Counted from the first letter of the whole stretch, positions 22,676-35,172 are shown. The stretch: DNA of 62,121 bases, filler included, from Rhabdomonas costata (GCA_019059605.1; 30 parts of 30 records of this genome joined end to end with filler, not necessarily neighbours in it), one strand, 5' to 3'. The notes: generated by a model from the letters alone, not told the origin. Numbers and translations: made by a program.

Positions 22676-25050
22676 GTATTGCCTTTTCGACACACTTGTA
22701 TCAAGTGTGTGATTTCATTNNNNNNNNNNNNNNNNNNNNNNNNNNNNNNNNNNNNNNNNNNNNTTAATTAATTAANNNNNNNNNNNNNNNNNNNNNNNNN
22801 NNNNNNNNNNNNNNNNNNNGGGGTTTGGGGAGCTTCTTTTGGATTTGGGGGGCAGAAAGAGGGTTGACAAAACCACCTTTGCGCCTATTACAAAAAACTC
22901 CCACAACGGAGAGCAACATACCGGGCAGCGGCAACGGCTGTTTCAGAGGCGAGCAACTTCTGCTGAGCGATTCCTGTAAGTAACATATCGAATAGGGAAA
23001 CGCGAAAAGTGAAAAAGGAACGCTCATGAGATAATGGATAACCTGGACCACCTGGCAGCGTAACTTGCTCGGCTTCATCACCCTCCTCGCCCTCGCTTTC
23101 ATGATCCGCAAATGAAGGCTCCCGTGGGCTTTTCAACACCTCTCCACCTGGGAATAGGAGCCGCAAGGCGAAATGCAACTGAACATAAATGGATAGCACA
23201 TCAAAAAGACCAAAACCAAAAGACCATCACCTCTCGAATCATCCGCAGCGGCAGACACCTGAGATAATGGGCGGGATGCATGTCATCTTCCCATTAAATT
23301 TCACCTTTTTCACCGGGTCACTCCAAAGACACGACCACGACCTCACAACTGGTTCCTGACTAACACAGATACGCAATTGAGAGTAGAGGGAGGACTCCTG
23401 TTCATAACACAAGCGCACCTCCTCAGAACCGTTGAGGACGGAATGGAGGACTGAGACAAAACAAACAAAAAACGCCAACTTTTTCGTTCACTACACGTTG
23501 AAATGGAGGAAAAGGTCAGGAGCTGACAAAGGTTAAATGAGGAAATAGCAAACTGGAGCCGACCTTTAGTCTCCTCGTCATCCTTTACATTCTTGACCTT
23601 CTTGCAGGGAGGCTGTTCCTTCACCGACTCATCTGAAGATTTACCCTATAACCACCGCAAACAAGTTGAATGGACGTTCAGCCGCGAAGTGTCCAATCAA
23701 AAAGGAAGAAAAGTGCGTGAAACCTTTGATGTCCTGACGGCGAAGAAAGCGCTGAGGAAAAGCAAAAAGGCAAAATTCTGCCTGGTCCAGTTAAAAACGA
23801 TTCAAGCACACGACGGGATCAAAGCAAAATTCGGTCCCTCAGTTCCCACACTCCCAAACACACTCCTAACCCCAGGAAGCGGGCTTCAGTATTTCCACGG
23901 TGTGGGTGTGGGAGGCTGGCCAAAGAGCTGGCATAAGTGGTCGTTTAAGGCGGGCCTGTCGCAGTTGAGCAGGGCTGATTTGTACGTGAGAAAAGTGGGG
24001 GGCTGTTTAAATGCTAGAAAGGGTTTTGCTCACAGAGGGTCCAAACGGGCAGTGTGTGGGTGCAGTGGTTGTGATGATGTGTTGGAATCAAGGGGTAGTG
24101 TATGCTCTATAACTTAACTAAGTGGAAGGACCGTGTGGCCTGGCCTGCATCGTTCAAGCCCGGCCTCCGCTGTTGGGGGGCTGGGACCTGCGTATACGTT
24201 TTCGATGCAGGTTGGTGGAATTTGGGTAACCTCTCCTACACCCCATGTATGTTCATATTGTACGCGTATGAGAGGCATGTGAAAGTGGAGATTTTGGAGA
24301 TTTTACACCCCGGGGATTTTTTGGAGGGGGGTGTTTTTGACCTGGGTGTCATTTTATGAGTGAGATGCAGGAAGAGGGTACCCCTGTTGTAAAAACATCC
24401 CTTGGGTCTTTGGTTTTTGGGTTTTGCTTTTTGGTTTTCGCGTTTCGGTTTTTGGTTTTTGGGTTCCGGGGTCGGATTTCTGTGTTCGGGTCTTGGGGTT
24501 GGTCTTTGTCTTCAGGTCTTCAGGTGTCGGTATTCAGGTATTCGCCTTCTGGGTACCCTACAGCATAACCTTACCCTACAACATACCCTACTACTACTAA
24601 TAATAAGAACGCACACGCACACGAATTAAAGCCCACAACACTGCATGCCATACCAAAACCCCCACCCAGCCCCAAACTCTCCACACCTACCCAGCCAACG
24701 ATACCGACACCAACACCAGCAGCATACACCCTGAGACCAACATACGCAACACTACCACATGAGACAGAACCTGAGAGCATGGTTGACAGAAACGNNNNNN
24801 NNNNNNNNNNNNNNNNNNNNNNNNNNNNNNNNNNNNNNTTAATTAATTAANNNNNNNNNNNNNNNNNNNNNNNNNNNNNNNNNNNNNNNNNNNNGAAAAG
24901 ATGAAAAGATGGCTAATATTTTTCACCTGACTAAAAAAATCAGGGGTATCCTTCCACCGAAAGGCACTCTCAGGTGTTTCAACGTCAGCCGTTGTCAGGC
25001 TGCAGCCATGCGTCCACACAGGCCTGCGCCCTGGTAGTGACCTGTGCTAC

Positions 25051-25250
25051 CTTCCGCGGAAGCTCTGCCAGTGCTCTTGCCCGGAGCTCTGCCTCTGAGA
25101 GGCGCCGCTCAAGGGCGTGAACGGCACCTTTCTCTCGCCCCTCAGCCGGTGCACCGGAGCCGCCACCCTGTACTGTGCCTCTGAGCTTCCCCAGCAGCAG
25201 AGAGGCCCGAGCCAGCAACCTTTCGCTGTCCACGACGAGCTGAATGCTCT
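25051..25250 (-). CDS. Candidate exon, coiled-coil-like protein (approximate bounds)
   Basis: A CAG/GTAGCA-bounded open segment reads SIQLVVDSERLLARASLLLGKLRG...HALERRLSEAELRARALAELPRK. No family recognised. Confidence 0.35.
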
Positions 25251-25736
25251 GGGACAGGAAAGCAAAGGCGAGCTCGACCTTCTGGGGCCATAACAAACAC
25301 AAATGAGGGGGCGGGGGACAACAGTGTCTAAGTCTAATTAAAGTCTAAATAACTCTTACGCAATGCTGGGAAGAAAGCAGCGTTACGATGAACGAGGTGG
25401 ACGAGGTTTCTGCACATCTCCAGCGTTTGACGCGTTTGGGTATCGGACTTGAGACTCAATAAAACTGAACGGTCAAAGACACACGAAAGACATGCATAAA
25501 AATCACAACAGAAGCATCGATACAGATTACCGGATTACCATCATGTAAGCATCAGTTCCAACACATTATTATGGCAGGTCTTCCGTTGTTGAGGGACCCC
25601 CCCCCTTTCCGCAAGCGAATCGTCCCACCCCCCTGTACTCCTGTACTTCACCACCTGACTTGCCATTTTCGCCTCATGAGAACAGAGGAACAGAATAGCA
25701 TACCAAGTCACCTTTTAGCTGGTCAGCAGCGTGTGC

Positions 25737-25737
<1 letters not shown>

Positions 25738-25775
<38 letters not shown>
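25738..25775. repeat. (CA)n microsatellite
   Basis: Uninterrupted AC dinucleotide run. Confidence 0.95.
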
Positions 25776-25777
<2 letters not shown>

Positions 25778-26976
25778 AAATGCCTGGTGAAAGAAGTCAT
25801 CCGGGAACGTTTCCCGAAGGGCTGCCTGCAGGAAAGTGCCGAAGGCCGACAGAAATCGTGTAACCCTGGACAACGCTTTGCCAGCAAAAGTGGCCAACAT
25901 GGGATTCCCAGCAACAGCAGGACGAGGCACTTGGCTGCGACTGAAAACCCACATTTTGGCGCGGTTACAAATGACAAGAAAAAGACAGTATCACTGGTAT
26001 TGACAAAGGCCACTGTGAGAATGAGAATCCGGTTTCATACGTGGACACTTTTGTTAGTTTGGGACAGTATTGGAACGGAGCGCTGCATGTTAAAGTGACC
26101 TGGTAATCTTCCTGGAGTGTGTGCTTGTTTCCGTTTCTCCTTTGACTTTGCTGTTCTGCGGGTCCATTTCCAAGGGAGCATAGACGGAACTGAAAAAAAG
26201 AACAACGCCTTGGCAGCGTCCTAGTCAGAACTCACCCTGCGAGAATCGTGCGCATCAGGGCATTAGGAGAGTTTTCATTTCTGCCCTCTTTCGCAAATTC
26301 GCGGTGCTCTGGTGTACAGCCTTCAATACAATCCCAGCAGATCGTTTATGAGTGCGGTTGGCGTTGTTGTCACAGTTATGGGCATGGTTGAGTGTTGGAA
26401 GCCAGGGAAGGTGGAGTTGAAGGCTTGTGCTTGAGAATGGGATTACGACCACAAATTCGGCTGCAGGTAGTTCTTCCTGGAGACAGGGAGGAAAACCCAG
26501 AAAAGCCGCAGGATAGCTGACAATGCCTTGATAGCAGACATAATTGAGTGGTGAATAGAGACCAGCCCGCGGTGCACAGCGCAAAAAAAAGTTAACACTT
26601 CCAGTGCAAGAAGAACAGAGGAAAGAAAAAGCAAGAACTGGACTCTAGGTAAGTAGTGCCGCTGCGCTTCCTTCCGCAACACCCTACCACTGGCCTTGCG
26701 GGGGCTTGCGGCGGGCCTGCTCGGCCTGCCGGAGCTGGGCGCATTTCAGCCGCAGCGGGCGGATCTCCCGCTCAGGGAGCTCCACCAACGCTCTCAACTG
26801 TGGACCCCGCACCACGGGCAGCTCCGAGAAGTCTCCGACTTGAGTCAGCCCCTGCCGGCCACACACACCCACCCACNNNNNNNNNNNNNNNNNNNNNNNN
26901 NNNNNNNNNNNNNNNNNNNNTTAATTAATTAANNNNNNNNNNNNNNNNNNNNNNNNNNNNNNNNNNNNNNNNNNNN

Positions 26977-27382
26977 GGGGGGGGTGGGGCCTGTAGCTGT
27001 CCTGTCCGCTGTCTCGTTCCGCCTCCAACATGCCCGTAGTGGGACAAGTGATGCGGAAGGAGTCCACAACTGGTAACGCCTGAATCTCATGTATCCGTCC
27101 GCTTCTCCATACTTTAACAAAACGGCGTTTCCAATCAATCTGGGGTTGTAGCCGAGTCAAGAACGGGTATCCCAGCACCACCGGGATCGCCGTCTTTATC
27201 ACTCTTATTTATAGCTTTACCGGCATTGCACCCAACCTTCCCACTATCTTCACGAAATGAGTCACAGGGAGGCCTTCCCCATTGGCCACTCTCACTGTGA
27301 GCTTCTGCTGAAGCGGGTACAGCTGTAGCTTCAAACGTTGCACCACCTCTTTACTTATAAATGAGTCCGACGCTCCTGAGTC
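26977..27382 (-). mobile_element. Ty3/gypsy LTR-retrotransposon aspartic protease relic (pseudogenised)
   Basis: The minus frame reads DSGASDSFISKEVVQRLKLQLYPLQQKLTVRVANGEGLPVTH...KL*IRVIKTAIPVVLGYPFLTRLQPQIDWKRR, with retropepsin DSGA.., V.VANG and LG..FL....P.IDW motifs. There is an in-frame TAA at 27211-27209. Confidence 0.85.
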
Positions 27383-28395
27383 CGCCCTTTCCTCGTCTCT
27401 GCATCAACTGCCTCCTCATCATCAACAACGTGATCTCTGAGAGCTGCCAATGGATCTCGAATGACCTCTTCACATTTCGCACTCAATCTCATTACTGTGC
27501 GACCATTATCCGTGGATCCGCTGGATATCGGCGAAATCGGCCCACTGAAATGAAGAACACCTTGGTGACCCGGACCTTTGACACGTGGACCATGGAGCGG
27601 GGGAGCCTACCACGCGTACTGCCGGCTTTGAAGGTCACGACGACACAAAATGGACGACCATGTGTTCGAGGCAAAAACCTTTAATTAAGAGGATAAAATG
27701 ATTGACTTTGGCCGCGGCCTGGCCTTTTCCTTCACCGCCATTTAGCAGGCCGACGCGGGCACGACTTGCAGAACGGGGCTTTGTGCACAGCAGAGCCGTC
27801 CACGGCAGCGGCCTTTCGCCTCTTACCCCACCGTTTTTACACCCCAAAAATGGGGTCAAACCGCCAAAGCCACCACCACAAGATACCACGACATATCAAA
27901 ACCACAACAACCCTTCAAACCAGGACCACGAGGGCTTGGGAACAAGCCAGGCATTCCGGCCAAAATTTTTGGGTGCAGGGTGAGGTCGGCCAATCTTTGC
28001 GGCTTTAAGGATCGATCGGCATGGAGATACTGGTGTTTCTTTGTTTGGTGCCCGCTCTCGGACCCTAGGAGTAATGGCATCGTTCGAGCAGATGATACCA
28101 GAATCGGTCAGCACCGCGCAAAATTCCCAAGTATCGGACGGCACAACAACACAATGAGCATTTATCGGAAGATTCGAGTAGAAAAGACATGGAATTACAC
28201 AAGTAGACCGCGACGGGCGCATTTTCTTTGCCCTCCCAGAAGACTATACGAAAGGCGGACCAGCACACCACATGCGTCCACTCAAAAAGTATGTATCCGC
28301 CGCTCCACGTCTGCAACGCTGATAGACATCGCGCAAGAGCAGGGAGTCAGAATAGGCGGGGTAGGGGTGGGCAGAGTGGTGGGGTGGCAGGGCCT

Positions 28396-28773
28396 CTAGC
28401 CATCTTCCGCGTCAGAGTCGTCGGCGGATAGTAGAGTTACGGGCATCGAGCTTAGCGGCTGCTCTGCCGTTGCGGACTCCACCACAGAGCCATTGGCCGT
28501 GCCTTCACCGTCCGCTTGCTCCTGAGGTTCGACAGCGTGTGCTGCGGGCAGAATGGCTGGAGGCCGAATAAGGCCACCCACGTCCGTGGGGTCCTCCTCA
28601 CTGTCTTCCGGGGAAGGGGCCCGCGGGGGGTCCAGCAACACCACCCCGTCGTGGGTGGGCTCCTTGAGCCACAGCCCGAGCTTCTGGTCGTTCCAGTCCA
28701 GGCTCTGTGACAGCGCCTTCTCGGCCACGGAGGCCCCAGGAAAGCTGACGCGGATGTACTGCTCGGTGAACTC
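28396..28773 (-). CDS. Probable terminal exon with acidic low-complexity tail, unknown protein
   Basis: A CCCCAG acceptor is followed by EFTEQYIRVSFPGASVAEKALSQSLDWNDQKLGLWLKEP...DDSDAEDG*, with GC3-rich codons. Confidence 0.45.
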   Translation of the reverse strand, partial: EFTEQYIRVSFPGASVAEKALSQSLDWNDQKLGLWLKEPTHDGVVLLDPPRAPSPEDSEEDPTDVGGLIRPPAILPAAHAVEPQEQADGEGTANGSVVESATAEQPLSSMPVTLLSADDSDAEDG

Positions 28774-29859
28774 CTGGGGCCATACAACCCACAGGAACCA
28801 AAGTCGCACCGGAGCATCTTCCCCTAACTTAGAATATGCATCAGTCCTACGAGCACTGGAATTTGCAATATCAACTGTTTTCTTTCATCTTTTTGAGAGG
28901 AAATAATGTGACGGGTGAAGTCTCAGCAGCATACGAGTTGACACAACAAANNNNNNNNNNNNNNNNNNNNNNNNNNNNNNNNNNNNNNNNNNNNTTAATT
29001 AATTAANNNNNNNNNNNNNNNNNNNNNNNNNNNNNNNNNNNNNNNNNNNNCTATGTTGGTATGAAGGGCGAGAAGGCCGGCCTTGGCTGGTTTGATGAGC
29101 GCTCGGGGGTACCCACTACTCGGTGCTTGCATTACACTGCTTGCCTGTTGGCATAACTGCACCTTACCTACACGGTCACACCCTTTCACCCTTTCAGGAC
29201 GCTTCTTCCCTCTCACACAGAGGGGAAGTGATCTGCAACCCACCGCATTCGAGAACGAACCAGTGCATCGCTACATTGCTACCAATCAGTCAGGAGCCTC
29301 CTGAGAGAGAGGATCCATAGAGTGAGGTGGCCCAGAGGAGAGGACAAAGTGATTATTACTACTACTGGTTGTTTGGGTGGGCTTTGCCAGTGAAAGTTTT
29401 CTAAAGGGGTGGGTTGGGGTGGGGTGAGGACTGTCCCCCCACTACCGTAACAAATCTCATTCAAATAGGCTTTGAGAACCCACGAATGGAGGCCATCCTT
29501 TGGGAAGCGCGGGTGCTGATCTGCTGGAAGGTGGCCCTTGCGGTGGCTGGAGAGGTGGCCCTGTACAACCTCTCTCCCGCAACGACGCAACTGTGCCTCA
29601 CACCCACTGAGCACGGAACCATCTCTCATTGCTTGCGGTAAAGGAACAAATACATGATTTTTGCACGTGCATTGCACGCTAATTTATACGCTACGAAGCC
29701 TGGTCGGGTTTTTGGCTGGCAGGACTGCCGAACTCTCTACAGTGAGCATTCCATTGCCTTTGATTTGAACATCCCCCTTTGGGGGACTTATTTTTTCCAA
29801 AAAAAAAAATTCTGTACCCCATCTTTGGGGCATCCATCCCTTCCTTCGCTAACGGCCAG

Positions 29860-31024
29860 GTGGATCCCGCGGACCTGCTGGCAATCTTCATCTACACCTA
29901 TGAGTGCAGCATCTACAAGGACATGAACAAAGCGATGAGGGAGCGGGACGAGGTGGGCATCGCGAAGTGGCGGCCCTTCATTTTCCACCTCAGCAAGGCC
30001 CTGGAGCGCCTGCCCGGGGATGGGTCGGGGGTGACAGTGCCGATGAAGGTGTTCCGAGGAATCGGGATCCGCTTCGACCCCGCGCTGTTCGGGGTGGGCT
30101 GTATGCCGCACTGGCCAGCTTTCAGCAGCACCTCCTTGGGGTGGAGGGTGGCACACAACTTTCTGGAGCACGGCGAGGGCCTGGTGTTCGTGCTTCGAGT
30201 GCGGCGGGGCAAGTCCATCGCGGCCTTCTCGCGGTTCCCCAAGGAGGAGGAGGTGCATCTTTTTTGCCCCCTTCCACTGTGCAGGGATATTTCCATTTCT
30301 ATAGGGGGGGTGGGGCGTTAAACGCCGTTAAACAGCAAAGTCAAATTATTGCATGATCCCCCCACCTTCCGCTCCGGCCGCGCCTCGGGGGTGGCTTCTG
30401 CCTATAAGCTAATGTTGTCCCAATCGATTCACAATGTCCAAACGTTTAACGCCGTTAAACGTTTAACGCCACCCCAGAAAATACAAATGTCCCGTATTGT
30501 TGGCTGTTAGTATAGTAGTTTTCGCTTTGGATTAGGAAGTGGAAAGACTGTGGTTCCTTTGTGCGACGTACTGCAACACGCTTGAAAAGGGCGTAGCTTC
30601 TGAAGCAGAGAAGCTTCGAAAGGGTTGTGAGACATGAAAAACGTCTTTTTCGCCATCAAAGTTCATAGTCTTTGTTGTTGAATGTGCTGTTCTGCAATTC
30701 ATTGTTTTGCTTTTTTTTATGCCTTGCCCCTGTTTTTTTTGCCGCTCCTTCCCCATTTCCTGTGAGTCCACCGGAGATTTCCGCTCACCGATAAACCCCC
30801 ACACCCCGAAAAGGGCAGTTCTCTCGGCTTCAGTGTGCCAAGACCCTTGGCCTCGTTTAGCGTCATTCCCCCAAATCTCTCCTAGGTTCTGCTGCCCCCA
30901 AACACCTACTTCCGGGTGACCAACCTCGTTAAAGTGTACCCCACCACCATCCAAGGGTGGGACCGCTCCCTTGCCCTTCCGGTGTACCAGCTAACCACGG
31001 AGCAGGCCGCAGCGGCGAAGTCCG
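29860..31024 (+). CDS. R-S-E class (NAD:arginine-type) ADP-ribosyltransferase domain protein, partial
   Basis: Exons 29860-30252 and 30886-31024 give AIFIYTYE.SIYKDMNKAMR...LSKALERLP...KVFRG...WPAFSSTS...VFVL...GKSIAAFSRFPKEEE/VLLPPNTYFRV. All three ART motifs are present (R, STS, ExE). A possible upstream exon starts at 29469. Confidence 0.9.
30284..30493. mobile_element. Candidate MITE-like element with imperfect terminal inverted repeats, in the ART intron
   Basis: The left end GGGATATTTCCATTTCT..GGGGTGGGGCGTTAAACG is matched by the reverse complement of the right end, GGGACATTTGTATTTTCTGGGGTGGCGTTAAACG. Internal CGTTAAAC/GTTTAACG subrepeats. No clear target-site duplication. Confidence 0.45.
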
Positions 31025-31866
31025 NNNNNNNNNNNNNNNNNNNNNNNNNNNNNNNNNNNNNNNNNNNNTTAATTAATTAANNNNNNNNNNNNNNNNNNNN
31101 NNNNNNNNNNNNNNNNNNNNNNNNGTGTGTGGGTTGCGTTGGGCATGTGTGGAATCCCTCGCTTCACCCTGTTCCATATTTAATCGCACGCGCCCGTTTG
31201 ATGAATGCGCCGCCTTTGGAAACTGGGGGCATCGGTCGACACGCGCATGGGGATCGGCATCATCGTAAGCTACATCATGTTTTTCGGTATTCTTTCTTCG
31301 CATCGCGTCGGCGCGCGCCACCTTTGGGCGCCATCATCATCTTTCGTGGAATTTTCGCGTGGGTTGCGTTACGGTTTGGTTTGGTTGTTTTTTGCGTTTC
31401 GGTGAAGGGGTGCGTGGTCAAGGTTCGGGTTCGGGTTGGGTTGGCGTGTGGTTGGCTTCAGGTAGCGGTGCTGGTCGCCGTGGGTTTCAGCATGCGGGGT
31501 CAGGCAAACGCGGTTGTTCTTACGGGTCAGCTTTTTGGAACTTGACGGTTTGATCGGGGTTGTTCGTTTATCTGGCGCTCCCTATTTTGCTTGTTGGTGT
31601 TGGGGACCGGGATTTGGGGTTCTTTTTTTCGTCGCGGCGGGCCAGCGGGTCCACCTCCATTGGCGCTAGGTCAACCGGTCCGGCACCGGCTAAGAGAAGG
31701 CCATCATCAAGCTTTAAGTTGAAGCCCTTTTGCAACAGGTACGGGGGTGTGTTTCGATAATCCGTCGTGCCGCCCTTGTCCCCGCTTGATTCTCCTTCAA
31801 TTTTTTCGTCTTCAGTACGCATCTTCGGTTTCTGCTTGCGGTCGCCCGTTTTTTTCGTTCAATGCA

Positions 31867-31911
31867 CGTGTGTGTGTGTGTGTGTGTGTGCGTGTGCGCG
31901 CGCGCACGTGT
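31867..31911. repeat. (TG)n/(CG)n alternating purine-pyrimidine microsatellite
   Basis: GTGTGT...GTGCGTGTGCGCGCGCGCACGTGT. Confidence 0.9.
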
Positions 31912-32598
31912 GCCTCGAAAAGATCACGGCGCACGCCCTCAACCCAACGGAAAACAAGGTCTTCAACACTTTCAACGCCACCGCCGACGGGCCAATAACA
32001 ACAAAACTAGCTGCGCAAGGACACGCCGCAGCACACCACACCAAGGCGCTTTGTCTGTGCTTATCTTTCATTATCATCAGTTTGTTCCGGTGCTGGTCGA
32101 AACCGTGTCACACGCTGAGTTGGAAAGTTCGGTGTCGTGACAATGTTAGTTTGCTATGTTCCATATTTTATCGTTTGCGCTACGTTTAATGGATGCGCCG
32201 AGTTTTGGAAACATCGAGCACGGGCCAGCACGCGCCAAAATTTATGTGCCGGATTAGGGCCTCGGCGGGTAAACGGCACACCGCCTTAGAGGATTCGGTG
32301 AGCTGGAATACATAAAAATTTTTTCAAACGTGCACCCCAGCGAACACTGTATACTCTATACCGCGCCAATTATACTGTATATACAAGAACGGCTTCATGA
32401 CAGCTCTATTCAATGCAATGTTGCAGACCGGGTACCACAGCACACACCACTGCTCCCTGCCCCCGAGAATGCGTGCTGAGACGAAACCGATACCGCACTT
32501 CTCTCTCTAATCGGTTTAATGTCTCCTATGAACTTTTGAAAATTTTTTATTTTTCATTATTCAAGGATCCAGCCAAGAATATGTGGGGAAAAAAGCGG

Positions 32599-32966
32599 CT
32601 ACACGGGAGATAGGGACGGAAGCCCCCATTTGCCCAGAAACTTGTCCTTCCCACCGCACTCTGAGGTGATGCAGTTCACCAGGCACCGAGCAGGTACTCC
32701 ACTAGGGGTGGCCCCCGGACGGTGCTCCCACACCACGGTGGCCAGGGTGTTGTACACTTCAGAGTTTAGATACCGAAACGGCTCAAAGCCCTCCACACTG
32801 GAGGGCTGGAGCAGGCACAGATAGCGGCCCAGTGAGGGCCGCAGTAGGTCAGGGCGCCGCACTCGGGATCCTACCCAGAGCTCGGCGTCAAACCGGTTGG
32901 AGGGTCGCATCACAGGAACTGGGGTAAGGGCTTGAATGTAAGAGGCGCGGGCCCACCAAAAATTAC
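32599..32966 (-). CDS. Exon of a GNFWW-motif protein (putative glycosyltransferase-associated family)
   Basis: After a TTTCACAG acceptor the frame reads GNFWWARASYIQALTPVPVMRPSNRFDAELWVGS. The GNFWW...YI..L...R..AE.W.GS pattern recalls a hypothetical-protein family from large DNA viruses and algae (from memory). The 3' limit is uncertain. Confidence 0.5.
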
Positions 32967-33198
32967 CTGTGAAACAAGCAACCGCGACAGTGCTGAGGAA
33001 AAGCGCCATAGAAAGCATCATTACACTGAAGAAGGATGGAAGACTTTACCGCGTTTTTTCTTGCAGCACCCTAAAATTACTCAACGGAACCCAAACCTNN
33101 NNNNNNNNNNNNNNNNNNNNNNNNNNNNNNNNNNNNNNNNNNTTAATTAATTAANNNNNNNNNNNNNNNNNNNNNNNNNNNNNNNNNNNNNNNNNNNN

Positions 33199-35172
33199 TT
33201 TTGTGACTGGATGCTATGCGCCACCACTGTGTGGGAGCGAGGAACGCAGTATTACGTGTGTGACTTCACTGGCTACGTGAGATGGGAATATTCTGGCCAG
33301 GCGTGGCCATTTGCCTTCCTAATGACCCCCTCCAACACTTTGGTGGGGTTCCGGCCCTTCCCGATAATCTTCGAATCCCTTGAGTTTGCCTCGGAGACAG
33401 TTTACCCCACTGTGACAGTGATTGGCTCCTTCACTGTTGTGCAGGATATGAGCTTCAACGACAATTTACCGTTGTCAGGAGAAACGATCCGCGTTCGGCT
33501 GGTGCTCCAACCCAGTGGGACAACAAAAGGTGGGGAGGTGTTTCTGCTTCCCGCTGCCTCGCTGAAGCCCAACAGCTCTGTGTCTTTTGCGAATGTCTCT
33601 GCAGGAGTGTTCCGGCCCTGCCTGAGCAATGACTCTAGACTACCCGCGGACTCTTCAGGGGTCTACTTTGCATGCTACCTGTCTGATCTGGGCAACCCGA
33701 AGGCAGTCATGGCGTACACTGGGGAAACCCTGGAGTTCATAGTCACTCCTTTACCTTCCACCGTTGGGTCATGGAACACCTTCATCTCCATCAATGCAAC
33801 GTGGTTTCATACCAATTTGTTCCACCCCAACGTCACCGTGGTAGGTGTATTCAACATGCAGCCCGCACAAGTCATCCCATACTTCGTCACCCCTGCACGG
33901 CAAGTGCTTCATTTGGCGTATCAGCTCTACCCCACTGGGTACTCTTCAGCTGGGGAAAAAGTCTTGCTGCAGCTGCCCAAGATTACACCCAACACTACGG
34001 TGGCCTGGACTGACGACCTCATCACTCAGGGCACATGGCAGAATTGCACCGTGAGCCATGTGAACTCGAGCATGTACGTGTGTCCCTTGTACGCCTACGT
34101 CCCCTTCCACTTTGGGGCGCCGATGACGTTAACACTATCCTTCATTCCGCTGTCCTCTTGGATGGGTGATTTGGGTATGCAGCTGCAGTTCCTCGCAGAT
34201 GACTACCTCGTCGCGTTCGACACTCCCAACATCACCGTGGCACCGGTTTTCGACATCATCACTACAGTTAGTCCTGCAGCTCCACAGCTCTACACCACAA
34301 CGTGGTTCCTCTCCCTGAACGCCAGTGCCACCCACAACTCGTCCTTCGAGGAGCGTCTTGCACTTCGAGACGATCGTGTGAAGGCGGCTTGGTGGTCATT
34401 GCAACCCACCCGGGGTACCGCGGCACAGTGTCTTTCAATGGGATGGGACACCCCTCGGTGGTCTCCCAACGACGTTTCATACATTCGGCCCGGTTCTTTG
34501 GTGTGTGACTTCACCACTGTTGGGCTTCACTTCGGCCCCAGTAACTGGTTGTCGCTGTACTTCTGGATCTACCCTTGGGAATCCTTTCTGGGACCTCTTG
34601 TTGACAGCCTCGAGATGGATGCTCTAGATTTCTGGCCTGGCCGTTTCAACCCAAATATCACTCAGTTGGGCAACTTTACGGGATTGACGAACACGTACGT
34701 CTATCGCGCGGAGTACCGTGCTCAGATTGTCACTAGTGGGTACTTCACTCCTGTGGTGCTGCCGAACGTATCCTCCAGTGCACGCATTACCATTCCCGCC
34801 GGGCTGAATGTCTCTCTGCTTGTGAACGCAACGTCATCTGGAAACACCATTGGGGGCGAGCAGATTGTGATTCCCGCGGAGTTGGTTGCACCCGGGATTC
34901 CGGTGACCTGGAGACGGGCGACTGCAACGGCTCCCACATTGGCTTGCCCTCTCGTCACCCTAAATACATCTGGGAGCCTTGTGTATCTTTGCGATCTGGC
35001 CGCCACAGGAACACAGTACCTTACCGCCACGACGAGGCTGGTTGTCACCTTCACCCCGCTCCCCACAACTTTGGGTGAATTCATTCTGCCCCTGACCTTT
35101 CAGGCCTCTTATGTGATTCCTCGTGTGCTAATTCCCAACATTACAGTTCTAGGTGTAGTTCAACAACCAAAA
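33199..35172 (+). CDS. Intronless fragment (over 650 aa, open at both ends) of a large secreted/surface protein with tandem ~140-aa two-cysteine beta-rich repeats
   Basis: A stop-free frame spans the whole contig. Repeat units end in P[N/T][I/V]T[V/Q]x[G/P] at 33426, 33846, 34245, 34671 and 35154. Each full unit has two Cys, and NxS/T sequons are numerous. Confidence 0.85.

Noticed and set aside
31400-31822. Minus-strand APMEVD-containing frame reminiscent of retroelement gag/ORF1
   Set aside because: A single short motif in a stop-interrupted low-complexity frame is insufficient.
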